Origin: Synechococcales cyanobacterium
GTDB taxonomy: Bacteria > Cyanobacteriota > Cyanobacteriia > CAKZMO01
Length of the DNA stretch: 64,000 nucleotides
Reading direction: 5' to 3'
Assembly (NCBI GenBank): GCA_035285585.1
Contig: JAYKGU010000164.1
Location: 55,609-119,608 of the forward strand
Both the position numbers and the translations under genes were made by a program. A model generated the notes under the pieces. The model was not told where the DNA came from and made no database searches. It saw only the letters and a program-made list of their open reading frames with translations. This document shows, in pieces, positions 60,430 to 64,000 of this stretch. Within the stretch, counting starts at the first letter, position 1, and every line of letters begins with the position of its first letter.

Positions 60430-61950
60430 CGTTTCCCTCCCATGTAATACAGCCTGGAATGCATCCGCCCCAGGACAGATTAACTTGACATCCTCTCCCA
60501 GCAACCCTAACGGGTGTGCAGGGAGATTCCCTGGGTCGCCCCAAAGATTTCCTGCTTCAACAGGTGCCAGCTAGACTGAGTGACCCCAGTCCCCGCCGCA
60601 TCCCCTCCACAGGCATTTTCAACCACCCGTTGCCCACGGGCAGATATGACTTGCCCACTAGCCACATCACGGGGCTTAATTGACCCGCAGTTGTGGCAGT
60701 GGTGAATGCGGGTTGAGAGGTCTTTACGCGCCTCCGCCCCACAATCTGGACACTCTTGAGAAGTGCCCCGTGCATCAACCTTGCCGTAATGCACATCCCG
60801 CTTCCAGCACACCCACGGCAGAACCTGGTTCACAAATTGGCCCAATCCAGCATCAAGGGTATGCTTGCCCAACATCCCTTTGGCCATGATGCGGAAGTCC
60901 AAATCTTCCACAAACACCATCCCAGCGCCATCACAGAGATGATGAGCTAATTTGAAATGCCAGTCTTTGCGGGTATCGGCAATGCGTTGATAAACTCTCG
61001 CAATCTTCTTCTGGAGTTTTAGCCAGTTAGCAGACCCCTTCTGCTTATTCTTCAATCTGCGTTGCAGCAATTTCAGCTTGCGGTGTAGTTCGTTGAAAAA
61101 GCGGGGACGCTTGACCTGTTCTCCATCAGAAGTTGAGAGAAAGTATTCCAGTCCGACATCAATCCCGACTGGGTGCCCATGAGGAGCCACAGCGGGGATA
61201 TCAACATCGGCCTGAAGGCTAAGCATGACGAAGTACCCGGATGCTTTACGCACAATCCGGGCTTGTTTCGCCTGGAATATTTCAGGTATTTCCCGCGACC
61301 AGCGCACCTTGACCAACCCCAATTGAGGCAACTTGATGCCCTCGGCAGACACGCAATTTTTGAGCATCTGGGGAAAGACGAAGCTACGCATCCGGTTCGG
61401 TTTCTTGAACCGGGGGAATCCTGAACGCTTCAACCGCCACGACTCCCAAGCTGCTTCCAGGTTTCGGATTACCTGTTGAAGCACCTGAGCATTGACGGTC
61501 TTTAACCGGGTGAATTCAGTCTTTGCCGCAGTCAGCGACTTGCACTGACGCGCATAGCTGGGGAATGGCGCATCTGCTGGCAAGATAAACTCTTGCCGAA
61601 TTGAACACGCATTCACTGGAGACTTGCGAGAATCTAGCCAGTCCTTGCGTTCCCGCAGGGCAAAGTTCCAGACATTGCGGCACACGTCCAGAATGTTCTC
61701 AATCTCCGAAACCTGCTCAGCGGTTGGCTCTAACTTGAATTCCCACGTCATGTTTAGCATCAAACCATTATAGCCTAAGAAGCAGATATTCATTTCTTAG
61801 GTTCGGCCAATTTACTCCCTCCGGTCGTGCGTCGCTTCACCACCCCCCAAGCCTTCGGCTATGGGCGGAGCACTGCGACGAATCTTGGTAGATTTCTCTT
61901 CAGGATGGCACAGGATCTTTCGGGTCGCTAGTCTCTGATGAGCATCCTGC
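60430..61950 (-). mobile_element. IS200/IS605-family insertion element carrying only tnpB (no tnpA)
   Basis: A single TnpB ORF lies between the stop of the nitronate monooxygenase gene and the start of the patatin gene. Boundaries are approximate and were not defined by hairpins. Confidence 0.5.
60507..61751 (-). CDS. tnpB: RNA-guided endonuclease TnpB (IS605 OrfB family transposase accessory protein)
   Basis: N-terminus MTWEFKLEPTAEQ (YRLYPT-like). Central RuvC-I block GIDVGLEYFLSTSDGE. C-terminal zinc finger CPDCGAEARKDLSTRIHHCHNCG and RuvC-III. Confidence 0.85.
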   Translation of the reverse strand: MTWEFKLEPTAEQVSEIENILDVCRNVWNFALRERKDWLDSRKSPVNACSIRQEFILPADAPFPSYARQCKSLTAAKTEFTRLKTVNAQVLQQVIRNLEAAWESWRLKRSGFPRFKKPNRMRSFVFPQMLKNCVSAEGIKLPQLGLVKVRWSREIPEIFQAKQARIVRKASGYFVMLSLQADVDIPAVAPHGHPVGIDVGLEYFLSTSDGEQVKRPRFFNELHRKLKLLQRRLKNKQKGSANWLKLQKKIARVYQRIADTRKDWHFKLAHHLCDGAGMVFVEDLDFRIMAKGMLGKHTLDAGLGQFVNQVLPWVCWKRDVHYGKVDARGTSQECPDCGAEARKDLSTRIHHCHNCGSIKPRDVASGQVISARGQRVVENACGGDAAGTGVTQSSWHLLKQEIFGATQGISLHTR

Positions 61951-61956
61951 TGGATT

Positions 61957-63042
61957 TCAGGAATCAGCAACAAGTTCAGCCATCAGGTCAGCTACAGACA
62001 CGATCTCAGTTGCTCGACCGGCATGACTGCCTGCAAAAATTAAGCCATTCTCCACATCTCCAGACGCCGCCCGGTCGAGGGCTTGAAGGATGCAAAATTC
62101 TTCCCTGGCATCTCGACAGCGACACACTCGCAAACAGTTGGCAATGCAGCGTTTATCCAATGTCTCTGGTTGATGCAGCACCTGTTCCGCGAACGCATTG
62201 CGGAGCGCTCGGCCTGGTAAACCGACTGGACTGGGAAGCACCACAACATCATCGGGGCTGGCATGTAGATGAAATTTTTTGTACCGAATGTCGGCATCAC
62301 ATTCGTGGGTGGTAATGAAGCGGGTGCCCATTTGAACGCCACTCGCTCCCAGTGCTAGCATCTGGTCAATATCCTGGCGATCCCAAATCCCTCCAGCCGC
62401 AATCACCGGAATCATCGCCCCTAGCTCGTCTCGCAGGTAGTTGATTAACTCGGGAATCACCCTTGCCAAATCCAGCGCTGGATTGCCTAACTCTTCTGAC
62501 CTGGCTCCCAGATGACCGCCCGCAGCATTGGGCGTTTCGACCACAAATGCATCGGGTAGGCGGTGGTAGTGGCGCTGCCAACTACGGCAAATTAGCCTGG
62601 CCGCACGCACCGTAGAAACAATGGGTACCAGAGCCACATTTGGGTTAGATTGCGTGTACTCTGGCAAATTTAACGGTAACCCTGCGCCGCCAATAATTAG
62701 ATTGGCTCCATACTCGACAGCGGTGCGGATCAAAGTTTCGTGATCGCGGGCTGCCATCATACAGTTGATACCCATCACCCCGTCAGGGCTTAACGCACGG
62801 GCAAGCTGCAGCTCATCAATGAGGGCCAGCCGATTGGCAGCGAAAAGATTGCCTTTCTTTTTTTCTGCATCAAAGTAGGGGGAGCGAAACCCTAGCCCCA
62901 CCGCTGAAATAATGCCGATGCCTCCAGCGTTAGCAACGGCTGCAGCCAGGTTTGCACCGGAGATGCGAATGCCCATGCCCCCCTGAATAATGGGATAACG
63001 GGCAACGTGTTGTCCAATCTTGAGAAGTGGTAATGATGACAT
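61957..63042 (-). CDS. Nitronate monooxygenase / 2-nitropropane dioxygenase family FMN enzyme (FabK-like)
   Basis: ARYPIIQGGMGIRISGANLAAAVANAGGIGII TIM-barrel FMN-binding N-terminus and an internal VIAAGGIWD. Start taken at MSSLPLLK. Confidence 0.8.
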   Translation of the reverse strand: MSSLPLLKIGQHVARYPIIQGGMGIRISGANLAAAVANAGGIGIISAVGLGFRSPYFDAEKKKGNLFAANRLALIDELQLARALSPDGVMGINCMMAARDHETLIRTAVEYGANLIIGGAGLPLNLPEYTQSNPNVALVPIVSTVRAARLICRSWQRHYHRLPDAFVVETPNAAGGHLGARSEELGNPALDLARVIPELINYLRDELGAMIPVIAAGGIWDRQDIDQMLALGASGVQMGTRFITTHECDADIRYKKFHLHASPDDVVVLPSPVGLPGRALRNAFAEQVLHQPETLDKRCIANCLRVCRCRDAREEFCILQALDRAASGDVENGLIFAGSHAGRATEIVSVADLMAELVADS

Positions 63043-63310
63043 TTTGACCGCACTTACTATTGGATTGTCCGTCGCCGGGGGGCACTCGGAGACGGAAAAC
63101 GGACATGGAGCAGGCATCAGACTTCCCGGAGGCAATCTGTGGTATGGTTTCGGCCCCATTCAGCGACCATCCTTCGGAGGTGGCGTGGCGACGAATCCCC
63201 TTACCTTTAGGCCGAGAATGGTGTCAAGAAACGGCGGTAGGCAACTTTACCACCGTCGAATATTATATAACCATATAACTTTCAAGAAATCAAGAGATGT
63301 AGAACCGGTG

Positions 63311-63458
63311 GTCGTTTGGCTGATTGACTGACAAAAGATCCGATGTAGGTTGGTGTTGAGCAACGCGAAACCCAACACCGGTAACAGTTGCGATGGGTTA
63401 CGCTGACGCTAACCCATCCTACGGCAGAATCAAGCTTTCAAGAATTTTGTCAGTCAGT
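63311..63458. mobile_element. MITE, copy D (uninterrupted, inverted relative to copy A)
   Basis: CTGATTGACTGACAAAAG...AATTTTGTCAGTCAGTCGAG. About 95% identical to the reverse complement of copy A minus its nested insertion. Confidence 0.8.
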
Positions 63459-63551
63459 CGAGAATTCAGTAGTATATTTATACTGGACATTGGGCCAGGG
63501 AGTAGAGCAAAATGGGGCAATGAACGCTGCATAAGGTGGCCTGGAGGTTTG

Positions 63552-64000
63552 ATGCCTGCCCAATGGACAACTGAGCAAGTTTTGGCCCTTGCCCCCGATG
63601 CGGCGTCTGCCAAAAGCGGGCGGGGTCTGGCAATCCGGCAGAAATGGGTTTCCCTGGGCCGCCAGCAAGCCGTCGTTTGGGGCGAGTGCCAGGGGAGCGG
63701 CAAAACTCCCTACCGCACCCAGATTGACCTGACGGAGCCAGCGTTTCGCTGTAGCTGCCCCAGCCGCAAGTTTCCCTGTAAACACAGCCTGGGGCTGTTT
63801 CTGCTGCTGGCGGAGCAGCCAGGGGAACTGAGTGAGGCTGAGCCGCCGGATTGGGTGGCCGAATGGTTGGCCAGCCGATCGCAGCGGGCCGAAAAGCAGG
63901 CTGAAAAGCAAGCGAAACGCCAGTCGCAGTCCGCCGATCCTGTCGCCCAGGAAAAGCGGGCAGCCGCACGGCAGCGCAAGGTGACGGTAGGCATGGAAGA
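63552..64000 (+). CDS. SWIM zinc-finger domain protein, N-terminal part; the 3' end lies beyond the window end
   Basis: ATG at 63552. FRCSCPSRKFPCKHSLGLFLLL is a canonical SWIM CxC...CxH motif. The ORF is open to the end of the window. Confidence 0.7.
   Translation, partial: MPAQWTTEQVLALAPDAASAKSGRGLAIRQKWVSLGRQQAVVWGECQGSGKTPYRTQIDLTEPAFRCSCPSRKFPCKHSLGLFLLLAEQPGELSEAEPPDWVAEWLASRSQRAEKQAEKQAKRQSQSADPVAQEKRAAARQRKVTVGME

Noticed and set aside
1-64000. tRNA/rRNA genes
   Set aside because: No cloverleaf-compatible segments with GTTCGANTCC-type T-loops and no rRNA-like conserved blocks were found by eye. The two GGTTCGAGTT occurrences lie in a coding region and in a non-structured context.

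Overview
This is a 64 kb contig from a cyanobacterium, judged from about 58% GC and dozens of HIP1 octamers (GCGATCGC). The 5' end (0.5-6.4 kb) carries the conserved str operon on the minus strand, rpsL-rpsG-fusA-tuf-rpsJ, with an internal terminator between tuf and rpsJ. Next to it are genes for RidA, a HAD hydrolase, an FAD oxidoreductase, an IscA/HesB protein and a cupin protein. The middle of the window holds well-known housekeeping or photosynthetic genes: ferredoxin-dependent glutamate synthase, a sigma-70 (SigA-like) factor, the Mg-protoporphyrin monomethylester cyclase AcsF, a plant-type ferredoxin, a GntR regulator, dienelactone hydrolase, an S1-domain protein, a GH13 amylase-family enzyme, a K+ channel, a fused double ABC ATPase, a NupC nucleoside transporter, a NarL-type two-component pair, a secreted double-domain nuclease, GlmM, and the conserved circularly-permuted ATP-grasp / alpha-E / transglutaminase triad. 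The 3' end has a solo IS200/IS605-family tnpB element beside a patatin-like phospholipase, then a nitronate monooxygenase and a SWIM zinc-finger gene that runs off the window. The window is unusually rich in repeats. These comprise a MITE family with 9-bp target-site duplications (four copies, one carrying a nested second MITE), a family of about 70-bp palindromic terminator-like elements (three copies), and heptanucleotide (STRR-like) GGATTTT tandem repeats at three loci, one of them in frame inside a coding region. There are also 48-bp tandem-repeat arrays, a 320-bp hexanucleotide (GCGACT/GCGCCT) tract encoding poly(Ala-Val/Ala-Gly), and 15-bp PAPVN repeats. The most unusual coding loci are as follows. 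(i) A large pentapeptide-repeat membrane protein with these repeat arrays, followed by two paralogous small proteins with DUF4278-like YRGxAY tails. (ii) A fusion of an HTH domain with a GrpE-like domain. (iii) A translationally coupled operon of a small protein, a DUF3326-like protein and a CPBP protease. (iv) A single ORF made of two tandem copies of a TPR-plus-GT9-like unit. (v) An RTX-repeat / beta-lactamase-fold fusion. No rRNA, tRNA or CRISPR array was recognised. All coordinates for non-coding features are approximate to within a few bp.
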